64,000 nucleotides of DNA from Candidatus Dormiibacterota bacterium (GCA_035652335.1 DASRDZ010000077.1:17025-81024), one strand, 5' to 3'; positions 9,649 through 20,381 are shown, counted from the first letter of the stretch. Notes: generated from the sequence alone by a model not told the origin. Translations and numbers: made by a program.

Positions 9649-11360
9649 TGCAGCGCCCGCGCGGAACGCCCCGGCCGCCGCGCGCCGTGGCACTGGCCAA
9701 CGGCGGCGTCGCGCTGTCGATCCTCGTGGTGGTCATCGCCTTCGGGGTTGCGGTGGCGCAGATCCATCCACCGGGCATCGCCGCCTTCGCGCCCGACGTG
9801 CAGCAGCACGCCCACCAGAAGAGCCTCACAGGGCAGCAGGGCGCCTCTGCGCTGGGCGCCTCCGCTCCCACCGGCGTCCCGGCGACGGCGACGCCCGCGC
9901 CGTCGCCGACGCCGGGCGCGACGCCCACTCCCAACGCGCTCGCCGGCCGTCCCGCCCAGGTGCGCTGCTACGGCTCGCCGCCGCACCAGACCGAGGACCC
10001 GCAGTCGCCGCCCTGCCGGCAGTCGTTCCAGGGAGGCAACGGCGGCAGCACCTCGCGCGGGGTCACCGGCGACACCATCTACGTCGCCTGGCCGTCGCTG
10101 GAGATGGGCTTCCCCGGCGTGGAGTACCCCAAGTACACCCAGGACTTCGCCGACTACCTCAACTCCCACTTCGAGCTGTACGGGCGCAAGATCGCCCTGG
10201 TCAAGTACCAGGTGACCAACAGCGGCTTCAGCACCGCCACCGCCCAGAAGCAGGTGCAGGACGCCGACTACACCGCCAACCAGCTCAACGGCGCCACCGG
10301 CGTCTTCGCCTCCATCGGCTACGCGCCCGTCGGCGGCACCGCGTACTACTACTACGACCGCCTCGCCCAGGACGGCGTCCTCAGCGTCCAGTCGTCGCCG
10401 CTGCTGGAGACCGAGGCGCACCTCGCCTCCAGCCCCTACCTGTGGTCGACGCTGCCCGGCTACGACACCGTCGAGGCCAACCTCGGCGACCTCTACTGCA
10501 ACCAGCTCAAGGGACACCCGCCGCAGTACGCCGGCCAGCCGACCCCGCCCGCCACCGGCTGGGGAACGCGCAAGATCGGCGTCTACTACGAGACCACCAC
10601 CAACAGCGTGGCCGTCGACCCGCAGCCGCTGGTGAACACGCTGAACGCCTGCGGCGTGCAGGTCACCGCGCACGCGCTCAGCGACGACAGCGCCGACAAC
10701 ACCGCCGCCGTGAACCAGATGCAGCAGAGCCAGGAGACGACCATCGCCTGCCTCTGCAACGCCACCCAGCTCGGCGACCTGATGAGCGCCGCCTCCAAGC
10801 AGACCTTCTTCCCCGAATGGCTGGTGCAGAACGAGCAGTTCCTCTCCGTCGACTCGGCGGGCCCGCAGACGGCCTTCCCAACCGAGCAGCAGGGCCACGT
10901 CATCGGCATCGACTACAACAACGAGTTCCTCGACCCCAGCAACGAGTTCTGGTACCGCGCCGCCAGGGAGGCGGACTCCACGGTGACCTACAACCAGAGC
11001 TCGCAGAACGTCTACGCCTACTACCGCTACGAGGAGCTGCTGGTGCTGGCCAGCGGAATCCAGCAGGCCGGCCCCGACCTCACCCCGCAGACCTTCCAGC
11101 AGGGCCTCTACGACACCCGGTACAGCAACGTGGGCCACGGCGCGGCGCCCTACTACCAGGCCGCCGTCGGCTTCGGGCCCGGCAAGCACTCCTTCTACGA
11201 CGACGCCGCGGCCATCTGGTTCAGCACCACCGGCAACAGCTACACCGGCAACCAGGGCCAGAACGGCACCTACTGCTACTCGCACCTCGGTGACCGCTCC
11301 GCCGACTGGACGGAGCCGAGGCCACTCTTCTATGGCGGCCAGACATGTCGAGGAGGATGA
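9648..11360 (+). CDS. Membrane-anchored extracytoplasmic protein with a type-1 periplasmic-binding-protein-like (Leu/Ile/Val-binding-type) domain. It may be the solute-binding protein for the Liv-type transporter.
   Basis: N-terminal TM anchor (ALSILVVVIAFGVAVA), a Pro/Ala/Thr linker, then a domain resembling ABC substrate-binding proteins. TGATG overlap with the upstream lipoprotein stop. Confidence 0.45.
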   Translation: MQRPRGTPRPPRAVALANGGVALSILVVVIAFGVAVAQIHPPGIAAFAPDVQQHAHQKSLTGQQGASALGASAPTGVPATATPAPSPTPGATPTPNALAGRPAQVRCYGSPPHQTEDPQSPPCRQSFQGGNGGSTSRGVTGDTIYVAWPSLEMGFPGVEYPKYTQDFADYLNSHFELYGRKIALVKYQVTNSGFSTATAQKQVQDADYTANQLNGATGVFASIGYAPVGGTAYYYYDRLAQDGVLSVQSSPLLETEAHLASSPYLWSTLPGYDTVEANLGDLYCNQLKGHPPQYAGQPTPPATGWGTRKIGVYYETTTNSVAVDPQPLVNTLNACGVQVTAHALSDDSADNTAAVNQMQQSQETTIACLCNATQLGDLMSAASKQTFFPEWLVQNEQFLSVDSAGPQTAFPTEQQGHVIGIDYNNEFLDPSNEFWYRAAREADSTVTYNQSSQNVYAYYRYEELLVLASGIQQAGPDLTPQTFQQGLYDTRYSNVGHGAAPYYQAAVGFGPGKHSFYDDAAAIWFSTTGNSYTGNQGQNGTYCYSHLGDRSADWTEPRPLFYGGQTCRGG

Positions 11361-11367
11361 CGCCCGC

Positions 11368-13434
11368 ATGATCCCCACCGTCGAGGACCTGGCCAGCTCG
11401 CCGCTGGTCCACCGCTTCGGCGACGTCTTCAACCCTCCGGGCCTGACCAACTTCCTCGGCACCGTGCAGTGCGACGTCGACGTCTGCGCCTTCCGCAACC
11501 TCTGGTTCCCGCCCTTCGTCTGCGCCGACAACGCCACCGCGGGGCTCTTCGTCGACGACGTCTACTTCCCCACCACCGGCACCCCGGTCACCTTCACCTG
11601 GTACCCCGACCGCATCGAGCGCAGCGCCACCTACCGCGGCCTGCGCCTTCGCAGCACGCTGTCCCTGGCCACGCAGCGCAAGGCGGCGCTGCTGCACCTC
11701 GCCGTCACCAACGAGTCGGGCGTGCATCGCCAGGTGCGCATCCGCCTCGGGCTGCAGAGCAACGTCGGCAAGCTGCCGGGACCGTGGCTGGTCTCCCCGC
11801 CGCAGGAGACCAACAACGAGGCGTGGGTGCAGCCGGAGCGGGGCCGGGTGCACTTCGCGGCGCGGCGCAGCGACGCCCACCTGCTGCAGGGGTCGGTGCC
11901 GCATCCCGAGGGGATCGACCCCGAGAGCCTCTGGTTCACCCTGCAGCTCGACCCCGGCGAGACCTGGCAGGCGACCCTGCTCACCGCCATCGGCGAGACC
12001 GCAGGCGAGGCGGAGCGCACCTACGACGACCTCGCCGCCGACGTGCGCGGCGCGTTCGCGCGGGTCCGCGCGCAGTGGGACGAGGAGCTGCGCTGCGTCT
12101 TCACTCCGCACAACGGCCGCTACAGCGGGTGGCTGCCCGAGCTCGACACCGACGACGAGGACGTCTTCCGCCTCTACGCCATGGGCGTGCTCGGCGTCGT
12201 CTACTTCCGCCGCGACTCGCCGCACAGCCGGTACGGGCGCACCTACGTGACCCTGATGCCGCGCTACTGGCCCACGGTCACCTTCCTCTGGGACTACAGC
12301 CTCAGCTCGCTGGTGCACGCGCTGCTCGACCCCGAGGTGATGCGCGGCAACCTGGAGCGCTGGATGCGCTTCGACATCCACGACCACTTCGGCACCGAGT
12401 ACCTGAGCGGCGAGCCGGTGGGTCCCTGGTACTCGGTCAACGACTACGCCTGGATCGGCACCGCCCGCGACTACCTGCGCTGGAGCGGCGACCTGCAGTG
12501 GCTCCGCCGCGAGCTGCCCTCGGGAGACTCCGGCGCCCCCATCACCGTCGCCGAGCAGCTGGTCGCCTGCGCCACCAACTGGCTGCGCTTCCAGGGGACC
12601 AACGGCCTCGCCGACTACGGCGACATCAACAACCTGCTGGAGTGCGTCACCACCTACATCCACGAGGTGGCCAGCCTCAACGCCGCCAACGTCTTCGGCA
12701 TGCGCTTCGCGGCCGAGGCCTGCGCCGACGACCCGCTGCGGGCCGCCACCCTGAACGACTGGGCGCAGCGGCTGCTCCGGGAGGTGCAGGACCTGTACGT
12801 CGACGGCCGCGGCTACTGGCGCTCGCGCAACCCCGACGGCAGCTCCCGCGAGGTGCGCCACTGCTACGACCTGATCACCGTGCTGAACACCATCCCCGAC
12901 GACCTCAGCGCGGCCCAGCGCCGGGAGATGGCCGACTTCTGGCGGCGCGAGCTGCGCACCCCGGTGTGGATGCGGGCGCTCAGCGGCAGCGATCCCGACG
13001 CCATGCGCAACACCCGTCCCGACCACCAGTGGACGGGGGCCTACACCGCCTGGCCGGCGCTGGCGGTGACGGGCCTGTATCGGATCGGCCGCGTCGATCT
13101 CGCCTTCCCCTGGCTGCGCGGCCTGGCGCGCAGCGCCAACCAGGGGCCCTTCGCGCAGGCCCACTTCAACGAGACCGCGGTCGACCCGGACGCGGGCGGC
13201 GCGCGCAAGGCCCCGCCGGAGATGCCCTACATCACCGACTGGTGCTGCTCCTCGGGGGGCGCCTGGGTGAACATCATCGTCGAGTCGATCTTCGGCGTCC
13301 GCGCCGGGCTGCACGGCATCGAGGCGGAGCCGCAGTTCGGGGCCTTCGACCCCGGCGCCCGGCTGCGCAACCTCCGCCACCAGGGCCGCCTCTACGACGT
13401 CGACGCCCGGGGCCTCCACCCCGCCGGGAGCTGA
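11368..13434 (+). CDS. Large hypothetical protein with a probable (alpha/alpha)6-barrel glycoside-hydrolase-like domain
   Basis: 689 aa that is Trp/Tyr-rich (WPTVTFLWDYSLSSLVHALLDPEVMRGNLERWMRFDIHDHFGTEYLSG...), reminiscent of six-hairpin glycosidases. GGAGGA lies 10 nt upstream of the ATG at 11368. Confidence 0.4.
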   Translation: MIPTVEDLASSPLVHRFGDVFNPPGLTNFLGTVQCDVDVCAFRNLWFPPFVCADNATAGLFVDDVYFPTTGTPVTFTWYPDRIERSATYRGLRLRSTLSLATQRKAALLHLAVTNESGVHRQVRIRLGLQSNVGKLPGPWLVSPPQETNNEAWVQPERGRVHFAARRSDAHLLQGSVPHPEGIDPESLWFTLQLDPGETWQATLLTAIGETAGEAERTYDDLAADVRGAFARVRAQWDEELRCVFTPHNGRYSGWLPELDTDDEDVFRLYAMGVLGVVYFRRDSPHSRYGRTYVTLMPRYWPTVTFLWDYSLSSLVHALLDPEVMRGNLERWMRFDIHDHFGTEYLSGEPVGPWYSVNDYAWIGTARDYLRWSGDLQWLRRELPSGDSGAPITVAEQLVACATNWLRFQGTNGLADYGDINNLLECVTTYIHEVASLNAANVFGMRFAAEACADDPLRAATLNDWAQRLLREVQDLYVDGRGYWRSRNPDGSSREVRHCYDLITVLNTIPDDLSAAQRREMADFWRRELRTPVWMRALSGSDPDAMRNTRPDHQWTGAYTAWPALAVTGLYRIGRVDLAFPWLRGLARSANQGPFAQAHFNETAVDPDAGGARKAPPEMPYITDWCCSSGGAWVNIIVESIFGVRAGLHGIEAEPQFGAFDPGARLRNLRHQGRLYDVDARGLHPAGS

Positions 13435-13590
13435 GCCGGCCCCACCCGAGCGTGCCGTCGCGATCACGTGCGATCGCCGTCGTCGCTCCGTGACCGGGGC
13501 GCGAACGAGCGGCGAAGGGTCGGGCCGTACGGTAGCAGGGCTCCGACGCCCACCGCGCGGAAGCTACGGATCAAAGGAGGTGAAACCCAA

Positions 13591-13782
13591 ATGCTGAGCA
13601 ACCTGTATCTGCGTCTGCGTGAGCTCGTGGCCCGCGCCCAGGAGCGCGAAGAGGGCCAGGGCATGGTCGAGTACGCACTCATCCTCGTCCTCATCGCCAT
13701 CGTGGTCATCGTGATCCTGACCGTGGTGGGCAAGCAGGTCAACAACGTCTTCTCGAACATCAGCAACGGCCTGAACCAGTAG
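13591..13782 (+). CDS. flp: Flp-family type IVb pilin prepilin
   Basis: 63 aa with the classic Flp motif ...[23 protein letters not shown]... AAGGAGG RBS 10 nt upstream. Confidence 0.8.
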   Translation: MLSNLYLRLRELVARAQEREEGQGMVEYALILVLIAIVVIVILTVVGKQVNNVFSNISNGLNQ

Positions 13783-13804
13783 GTTCGGCTGCTGCCGAGA
13801 CGAA

Positions 13805-13840
13805 GGGCGCCGCCGGGAAACCGGCGGCGCCCTTTTCGTT
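13805..13840 (+). terminator. Rho-independent terminator after flp
   Basis: GGGCGCCGCCGG-GAAA-CCGGCGGCGCCC stem-loop followed by TTTTCGTT. Confidence 0.7.
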
Positions 13841-13852
13841 ATCCTGGGTTGC

Positions 13853-14836
13853 ATGGCCATGCAGTACCGCAACCTGGGGCGCTCCGGGCTCAAGCTGAGC
13901 GTCCTCTCCTTCGGCTCGTGGGTCACCTTCGGCCCGCAGCTGAACAGCGACCTCGCGGCCGAGTGCCTGCAGATCGCCCGTGACGCCGGCGTCAACTTCT
14001 TCGACAACGCCGAGGTCTACGCCGGCGGCCGCTCCGAGCAGATCATGGGCGAGGCGATCCGCTCGCTGGGCTGGAAGCGCCACGAGTACGCCATCTCCAC
14101 CAAGTTCTTCTGGGGGATCCACGACGCCCCCAACATGCGCAACACGCTCAATCGCAAGTACCTGATGCAGGCGATCGACGGCTCGCTGGAGCGCTTCGGG
14201 CTCGACTTCGTCGACCTCGTCTTCTGCCACCGCTCCGACCCCGACACGCCCGTCGAGGAGACCGTCTGGGCGCTGCACGACATCATCGAGCAGGGCAAGG
14301 CGGACTACTGGGGCACCTCGGAATGGCCCGCCGAGCGCATCCTCGCCGCCCACCGCTTCGCCCGCGACAACCACCTGCACGGGCCGGTCATGGAGCAGCC
14401 GCAGTACAACCTCTTCTGGCGCGACCGCGTCGAGAAGGAGTACGCGCCGGTCTACGACGAGACGGGCCTGGGGCTGACCATCTGGAGCCCGCTGGCCTCG
14501 GGGCTGCTCACCGGCAAGTACCTCGACGGCATCCCCGAGGGCAGCCGCTTCGCCCTGCGCGGCTACGACTGGCTCAAGGACACGCTGCTCACCGAGGAGA
14601 ACGTCGCCAGGGTGCGCCGTCTCAAGGACGTCGCCGACCGGCTGGGCTGCTCGCTCACCCATCTCTCGCTCGCCTGGTGCGCGCGCAACCCGCGCGTCAC
14701 CACGGTGATCACCGGGGCCAGCCGCCCCGAGCAGGTCCGCGACAACATGCAGGCGCTCGACGTCCTGCCCCTGCTCACCGACGAGGTGGTCGAGGAGATC
14801 GACGCCGCCATGGGAATGGAGCGCGCCCGGGCCTAG
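13853..14836 (+). CDS. Aldo/keto reductase, Kv-beta subunit-like
   Basis: Full-length AKR fold ([19 protein letters not shown]...[17 protein letters not shown]...), similar to Kv-beta / YajO-type AKRs. Confidence 0.9.
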   Translation: MAMQYRNLGRSGLKLSVLSFGSWVTFGPQLNSDLAAECLQIARDAGVNFFDNAEVYAGGRSEQIMGEAIRSLGWKRHEYAISTKFFWGIHDAPNMRNTLNRKYLMQAIDGSLERFGLDFVDLVFCHRSDPDTPVEETVWALHDIIEQGKADYWGTSEWPAERILAAHRFARDNHLHGPVMEQPQYNLFWRDRVEKEYAPVYDETGLGLTIWSPLASGLLTGKYLDGIPEGSRFALRGYDWLKDTLLTEENVARVRRLKDVADRLGCSLTHLSLAWCARNPRVTTVITGASRPEQVRDNMQALDVLPLLTDEVVEEIDAAMGMERARA

Positions 14837-16557
14837 TGCCTCAGCGCGGTGGCTACCGCGCGTCCGGCCAGCAGCAGCACGCTGAGCACCACGTAGCCGC
14901 GCAGCGCCACCATGCCGGCCAGCCGCCCGGCCGTCCACACCGGGCGGCGCAGCTCGGCGAGCGGCGGGGTGCGCCAGAAGGCGCGCTCGTCGTCGAGCGG
15001 TGAGGCGGCCCGCCCACGGGGCACACCCAGCACCACCACGGGTCGCCGCAGCAGGCGCAGCTGCGGGGTTGCTGCCGGAGCTGTCCAGAACCCGCGTTCG
15101 GCGCGGCGCCGCCGCCGGACGCCGCTGAGCCCGACGGCGAGCAGGCCGAGCGCCGCCGCCCCGCCGAGGGCGGCACCCACGCCCACCGCCGGCGCGTCGG
15201 GGTAGAGCGCGGTGACGACCAGCATCCCCGAGAGCGCCAGCAGCGCGGCCACGCTGGTGGCCGCCACCGCGTTGAGCCAGCGGCCGTTCGACCAGGGACC
15301 CAGCACAGCGGTGTCGTTGCAGAGCAGCAGCATGAAGACGGTGGCGCCGGGCAGGAGCAGCCCGGCCAGCACCTGCACGCTGACGGTGACCGCGTCGGGG
15401 TCGAGCCCCGGCAGCAGCACGGCCCCCGCCGTCACCGCCACCACCAGCGTCGCCACCGCGTAGAAGAGCGGCGCCTGGCGCGGCGTGCGGTGCAGCGAGT
15501 GCCGTGCCCCGGTGACGTCGCCGACGGCGTAGGAGGAGGCCATGGCCACGGCGGCCGCCCCGAGCACGGCGCTGTCGAAGAGCAGCAGGGCGAGGAGGTC
15601 GCCGGCGCCGGGACCGAGGTGGCTGCCCACCGCCGCCAGGATGCCGCCGACGTCCTCGCCGTCCGCCACGGCGCCGCCGGCGGCGAAGGCGGAGGCGCTG
15701 ACCGCCATCACCGCCGCCGCGCCGGCCAGCATGAGCACGGTCCCCATGGCGGTGTCGACGCGCGCGTAGGCCAGCCAGCGCGGGGTGATCCGCTTGTCCA
15801 CGGTCGCCGACTGCTGGAAGAAGAGCTGCCAGGGCGCCACCGTGGTGCCCATCAGCGCCACGATGAGCACCACCGCCGACTGCAGGCCCGCGGGGTGGGC
15901 GGGTGCCCCGGGAGTGGTGGCGGCGCCGCCCGCGACGGGATGGGCCAGGAGCAGCAGCGGCATGAGGGCGACGTCGACCGCGACCAGCAGGAGCATGACC
16001 CGCTCCCAGCGCTGGAAGCCGCCGGCCAGGGTGGCCGCGATCAGCACCAGGGCCGCCACACCCACCGCCGGCGCGGAGGGGACGCCGAGATGCTCGGCGG
16101 CGATGCGCACCCCGATGAACTCGGTGACCAGGGTGAGGACGTTGAGGAGGAGCAGGTCGCCGAGCGAGAAGGCGCCCCACAGCCGGCCGAAGCGCTCGAC
16201 GATGAGGCGGGCGTGCCCCACGCCGCTCACCGCGCCCAGCCGGGCCGCCATCTCCTGGTTGACGAAGAGCACGAGCCCGAGGGGCACGAGCACCCAGAGC
16301 AGCCGTATCCCCTGCTCCTGGCCCGCCTGTGCGTAGGTGGCCACGCCCCCCGCGTCGTTGCCGGCGATCAGCGCCAGCAGGCCGGGGCCCATGACGGCGG
16401 CGAGCACCCCCAGGCGGCCGCGGAGGGTGCGCGGCGGCCAGAGCTGGCGCCAGCGCAGCGTCCCCCACGCACCTCGGATGTCACCGAGATGGGCGGCGTC
16501 GATGACCGCCGAGTCGAGGGTCTCGTCATCGAGGAGGTTGGCCACGCGGCTGCTCAC
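14833..16557 (-). CDS. mntH: NRAMP-family divalent metal (Mn2+/Fe2+) transporter
   Basis: Conserved NRAMP motifs ([19 protein letters not shown]; [23 protein letters not shown]) and ~11 TM segments. Its 3' end converges on the AKR gene with a 4-nt overlap. Confidence 0.9.
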   Translation of the reverse strand: MSSRVANLLDDETLDSAVIDAAHLGDIRGAWGTLRWRQLWPPRTLRGRLGVLAAVMGPGLLALIAGNDAGGVATYAQAGQEQGIRLLWVLVPLGLVLFVNQEMAARLGAVSGVGHARLIVERFGRLWGAFSLGDLLLLNVLTLVTEFIGVRIAAEHLGVPSAPAVGVAALVLIAATLAGGFQRWERVMLLLVAVDVALMPLLLLAHPVAGGAATTPGAPAHPAGLQSAVVLIVALMGTTVAPWQLFFQQSATVDKRITPRWLAYARVDTAMGTVLMLAGAAAVMAVSASAFAAGGAVADGEDVGGILAAVGSHLGPGAGDLLALLLFDSAVLGAAAVAMASSYAVGDVTGARHSLHRTPRQAPLFYAVATLVVAVTAGAVLLPGLDPDAVTVSVQVLAGLLLPGATVFMLLLCNDTAVLGPWSNGRWLNAVAATSVAALLALSGMLVVTALYPDAPAVGVGAALGGAAALGLLAVGLSGVRRRRRAERGFWTAPAATPQLRLLRRPVVVLGVPRGRAASPLDDERAFWRTPPLAELRRPVWTAGRLAGMVALRGYVVLSVLLLAGRAVATALRH

Positions 16558-16586
16558 ATTGCCACGAATCGGGCCTGACCTGCCCT

Positions 16587-17039
16587 ATGCTTCTGGCCGA
16601 TATGGCACGTCCAGCCGGGCGGCGCACGCCCGATCGGCCGACCGGGGCGCTGGCAAAGCGCTCCATCCACGTCAGCGACGTGCGCCGCGCACGCGAGCTG
16701 ATCGCCGGCGTCGACCACGAGTCCGTCGCCGACTTCTTCGCCGCGCTCGCCGACCCCAACCGGCTGCGCATCGTGCACGTCCTGCTCCAGCAGGAGATGT
16801 GCACCAGCGACCTGGCCGTCACCCTGTCGATCGGGGAGCCCCTGGTGTCGCAGCACCTGCGCGTGCTGCGCGACCTCGAGCTGGTCGAGTCGCGCCGCGC
16901 CGGGCGGGTCGTCTACTACAGCGCGCCCAACCGCGAGGTCGGCAGGGTGCTGGCCATGGGCCTGAAGCTGCAGGGCAACGAGGCCGACAGCAGGCTGGGG
17001 CGCCCGCTCACCGCCGGGCGCGCCGAGGCGACCGCCTGA
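16587..17039 (+). CDS. ArsR/SmtB-family metalloregulatory transcriptional regulator
   Basis: wHTH signature ...FFAALADPNRLRIVHVLLQQEMCTSDLAVTLSIGEPLVSQHLRVLRDLELV... It is divergent from mntH. Confidence 0.85.
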   Translation: MLLADMARPAGRRTPDRPTGALAKRSIHVSDVRRARELIAGVDHESVADFFAALADPNRLRIVHVLLQQEMCTSDLAVTLSIGEPLVSQHLRVLRDLELVESRRAGRVVYYSAPNREVGRVLAMGLKLQGNEADSRLGRPLTAGRAEATA

Positions 17040-17040
17040 G

Positions 17041-19233
17041 CTAGGCCTGGATCCGGACGGCGGCGCGCGCGAGCGCCTGGCGCTCCAGCTCGGCGTGCAG
17101 GTCGAAGCCGCGCACGGTGGGCACCTTGGTCCAGCTTCGGTCGCTGTGCAGCTCCCAGGAGAGGGTGTCGTCCTGCAGGTTGGCGGCGAGGACGGACTCC
17201 AGGCGGGCGCGCATCTCCGCGTCGAGCACGGGGACGAGCAGCTCGACGCGACCGTCGAGGTTGCGCACCATGAGGTCAGCGGAGCCGATGAAGTACTCGA
17301 CGCCGGGCGAGCCGGCGGCGCCGAAGCGGTAGATCCGCGAGTGCTCCAGCCAGCGTCCGACGATGGAGCGCACCCGGATGCGCTCGGACATGCCGGGCAC
17401 CCCAGGACGCACGCCGCACGCGCTGCGCACCACCAGGTCGATCTCGCAGCCCGCCTCGGAGGCGGCGTAGAGGGCGTCGATGACCTCCGGGTCGGCCAGG
17501 TTGTTGACCTTGATGGCTACAACTCCGCCGGGCCTGGACTCGCGGCGGATCATCTCCATCAGCGCCGGCCGCAGCGTCACCGGCGCCACCAGGAGGTGGC
17601 CGAACTCGCTCTGCCGCGAGTACCCGGTGAGGAAGTTGAAGAGGTCGGCCACGTCGGCGCCCATCTGCGGGTCGGCGGTGAGCATGCCGATGTCCTCGTA
17701 CATCCGCGCCGTCTTCTCGTTGTAGTTGCCGGTGCCGAGGTGGCAGTAGCGGCGGATCCGCCCGCCCTCGTCGCGGCGCACCACCAGCGACGTCTTGGCG
17801 TGCGTCTTCAGCCCGACGACGCCGTAGACGACGTGCACGCCGGCCTCCTCCAGCTCGCGGGCCCAGGCGATGTTGGCCTCCTCGTCGAAGCGCGCCGTCA
17901 GCTCCACCAGGGCAACCACCTGCTTGCCCTCCTCGGCGGCGCGGATCAGCGCGCGCACGATGGGGCTGCTGGGGCCGCTGGTGCGGTACAGCGTCTGCTT
18001 GATGGCCAGCACCCGGGGGTCGACGGCGGCCTGGGCGAGGAAGCTGCCCACCGAGGTGTCGAAGGAGTCGTAGGGGTGGTGCAGCAGCACCGGCCCGGCG
18101 TCGAGCACCGAGAAGACGTCCTGGGGCGCCTCGCGACTGGGCACCAGTCGCGGCTGGGTCACCGGTGTCCACACCGGGTCCTTCAGCTCCGGACGGTCGA
18201 GCGCGTACAGCGCCCAGAGCCCGCGCAGGTCGAGCATGCCGCCGACGGTGATCACCGCGTCGCGCTCGATCTCCAGCTCGCGCAGGAGCAGCTCCTCGAC
18301 GTCGTCGGACATGGTGCCGTCGACCTCCAGGCGCACCACGCGAGGGGAGCGGCGGCGACGGCGGAGGATGGTCTCGACGGCGGCGATGAGGTCCTCGGCC
18401 TCCTCGTCGCCGACGGCGAAGTCGACGTTGCGGGTGACCCGGAAGACGTGGTGGGCGAGGATGGCCATGCCGGGGAAGAGGCGGTCGAGATGCGCGGCGA
18501 TCACCTGCTCCAGGGGGACGAAGCGCTCGCCGTCCGGCATGACGATGAAGCGGTCGAGCAGCGGCGGCATCTTGACGCGCGCAACGCGCGGCTCCGCGGT
18601 GTGCGGGTCGGCGACGACCACGGCCAGGTTGAGGCTCAGGTTGCTGATGTAGGGGAAGGGGTGCGCGGGGTCGACGGCGAGCGGTGTCAGCACCGGGTAG
18701 ATGCTTTCCTCGAAGACGCGGTCGACGTGGCTCCGGTCGTCCTCGTCGAGCGACGCCCAGTCGCAGAAGCGGATGCCCGCCAGGTCGAGCAGCGGCTCGA
18801 TGCGCGCGGTGAAGACCTCCGTCTGCCGCGCCACCAGCTCCTCGACGCGCTGGAGGATGGCCTGCAGCTGCTCGGCGGGGCTGAGTCCGTCGGGCGAGGG
18901 CGTGGTGACGCCGGCGAGGAGCTGCTCGCGCAGGCCGCCGACGCGCACCTGGAAGAACTCGTCGAGGTTGCTGCTGAAGATGGCCAGAAACTTGCAGCGC
19001 TCCAGCAGCGGCCGCTCCTCCTCCTCGGCCAGCGAGAGGACGCGGGCGTTGAACTCCAGCCACGAGAGGTGGCGGTTCAGGAAGCGCGACTCCGGCGCGG
19101 GAGCGGGAGCTACCGGGCGCTGGGTGCGGAGCACGGCCGGCGCCTCCCCGGGCGCGGGTTGCCGCGGAGGGAAGAGGGAGACCAGCCGGCTGGTCACCGG
19201 CTCGGGCTCGTCCGCCGGGTGGCCGATTCCCAT
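17041..19233 (-). CDS. ppk: Polyphosphate kinase 1
   Basis: PPK1 N-terminal motif FLNRHLSWLEFNARVLSLAEEE..RPLLERCKFLAIFSSNLDEFFQVRV plus PLD-like C-terminal domains. The six-frame ORF is N-extended and was trimmed to the ATG at 19233. Confidence 0.9.
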   Translation of the reverse strand: MGIGHPADEPEPVTSRLVSLFPPRQPAPGEAPAVLRTQRPVAPAPAPESRFLNRHLSWLEFNARVLSLAEEEERPLLERCKFLAIFSSNLDEFFQVRVGGLREQLLAGVTTPSPDGLSPAEQLQAILQRVEELVARQTEVFTARIEPLLDLAGIRFCDWASLDEDDRSHVDRVFEESIYPVLTPLAVDPAHPFPYISNLSLNLAVVVADPHTAEPRVARVKMPPLLDRFIVMPDGERFVPLEQVIAAHLDRLFPGMAILAHHVFRVTRNVDFAVGDEEAEDLIAAVETILRRRRRSPRVVRLEVDGTMSDDVEELLLRELEIERDAVITVGGMLDLRGLWALYALDRPELKDPVWTPVTQPRLVPSREAPQDVFSVLDAGPVLLHHPYDSFDTSVGSFLAQAAVDPRVLAIKQTLYRTSGPSSPIVRALIRAAEEGKQVVALVELTARFDEEANIAWARELEEAGVHVVYGVVGLKTHAKTSLVVRRDEGGRIRRYCHLGTGNYNEKTARMYEDIGMLTADPQMGADVADLFNFLTGYSRQSEFGHLLVAPVTLRPALMEMIRRESRPGGVVAIKVNNLADPEVIDALYAASEAGCEIDLVVRSACGVRPGVPGMSERIRVRSIVGRWLEHSRIYRFGAAGSPGVEYFIGSADLMVRNLDGRVELLVPVLDAEMRARLESVLAANLQDDTLSWELHSDRSWTKVPTVRGFDLHAELERQALARAAVRIQA

Positions 19234-20381
19234 CAGGCGCGAAGCCGCCGCCGGTAGGCGCGGAGCGCAGCGGTGAGGTCGACCATGCTGTCCCCGCCGA
19301 ACTTCTCCTCCAGGGCGTTGGCCAGCACCAGCGCCGTCATCGCCTCGGCGATCACCGCCCCCGCGGGGACGTGGCAGACGTCGCTGCGCTCGTAGTGCGC
19401 GTTGACCTGCTCCTTGGTGGCCAGGTCGGTGCTGCGCATCGGCTTGAGCATGGTGGCGATGGGCTTGAAGTGCACCTGGGCCCAGACGTCCTCGCCGTCG
19501 GTGACGCCGCCGGTGAGCCCGCCCTGGTTGTTGGACACGTGGCGGAAGCCCTCGCCCTCCACCCACTCCGGCGCGTCGTGCAGCTGCGAGCCCGGCACCG
19601 AGGCCACCTCGGCGCCGAGGTCGACGCCCTTAACCGACTGGATGCTCATCAGCGCCTGGGCGAGCTGCCCGTCGAGGCGGCGGTCCCAGTGCACGTATGA
19701 GCCAAGTCCGGCCACAACTCCGGAGGCGATGACCAGCGCGGTGCCGCCCAGGGTGTCGCCGGTCTCGCGCGCACCGTCGATGGCCTCGACCATGCGCGCC
19801 GCGGCATCGGGGTCGGGGCAGCGCACCGGCGACTCCTCCACCGCCCTCCAGTCGATCTGCTCGGCGGGGATCATCGGCGCCTCGACCGGCCCGACGCGCA
19901 GGACGTAGGAGTGCACCTCGGTGCCGGCGCGGCGGAGCAGCGCCTTGGCGACGGCGCCGGCGGCGACTCGCGCCGCGGTCTCGCGCGCCGACGCGCGCTC
20001 CAGCACGTTGCGCACGTCGTCGAAGCCGTACTTGAGGACGCCGGCGAGGTCGGCGTGGCCGGGGCGCAGCCGGGTGACCCGCTTCGGCTTGAAGCCGCGC
20101 GCCTCGACCTGCATGACCTTCTGCCAGTCCTCCCACACGCGGTTCTGGATCACCAGCGTGATCGGCGAACCCAGGGTGCGGCCGCCGCGCACGCCGCTCA
20201 GGATGGTGGCGCGGTCCTGCTCCAGCTGCTGGCGCTTGCTGCGGCCGTAGCCCCACTGGCGGCGGCGCAGGTCGGGATCGATGTCCCGCGGCGCGCTCAG
20301 CGGCAGCCCGGCGGGGACGCCCTCGATGACGACGGTGAGCTGCGGACCGTGGGACTCGCCCGCGGTGAGGAAGCGAAGCAT
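19233..20381 (-). CDS. aroC: Chorismate synthase
   Basis: MLRFLTAGESHGPQLTVVIEGVPAGLPL..., full length. Its stop overlaps the ppk start (ATGA). Confidence 0.9.
   Translation of the reverse strand: MLRFLTAGESHGPQLTVVIEGVPAGLPLSAPRDIDPDLRRRQWGYGRSKRQQLEQDRATILSGVRGGRTLGSPITLVIQNRVWEDWQKVMQVEARGFKPKRVTRLRPGHADLAGVLKYGFDDVRNVLERASARETAARVAAGAVAKALLRRAGTEVHSYVLRVGPVEAPMIPAEQIDWRAVEESPVRCPDPDAAARMVEAIDGARETGDTLGGTALVIASGVVAGLGSYVHWDRRLDGQLAQALMSIQSVKGVDLGAEVASVPGSQLHDAPEWVEGEGFRHVSNNQGGLTGGVTDGEDVWAQVHFKPIATMLKPMRSTDLATKEQVNAHYERSDVCHVPAGAVIAEAMTALVLANALEEKFGGDSMVDLTAALRAYRRRLRA

Noticed and set aside
13760-16468. 902-aa minus-strand ORF
   Set aside because: Mostly out-of-frame or antisense to the AKR gene and overlapping mntH in another frame. 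No domains.
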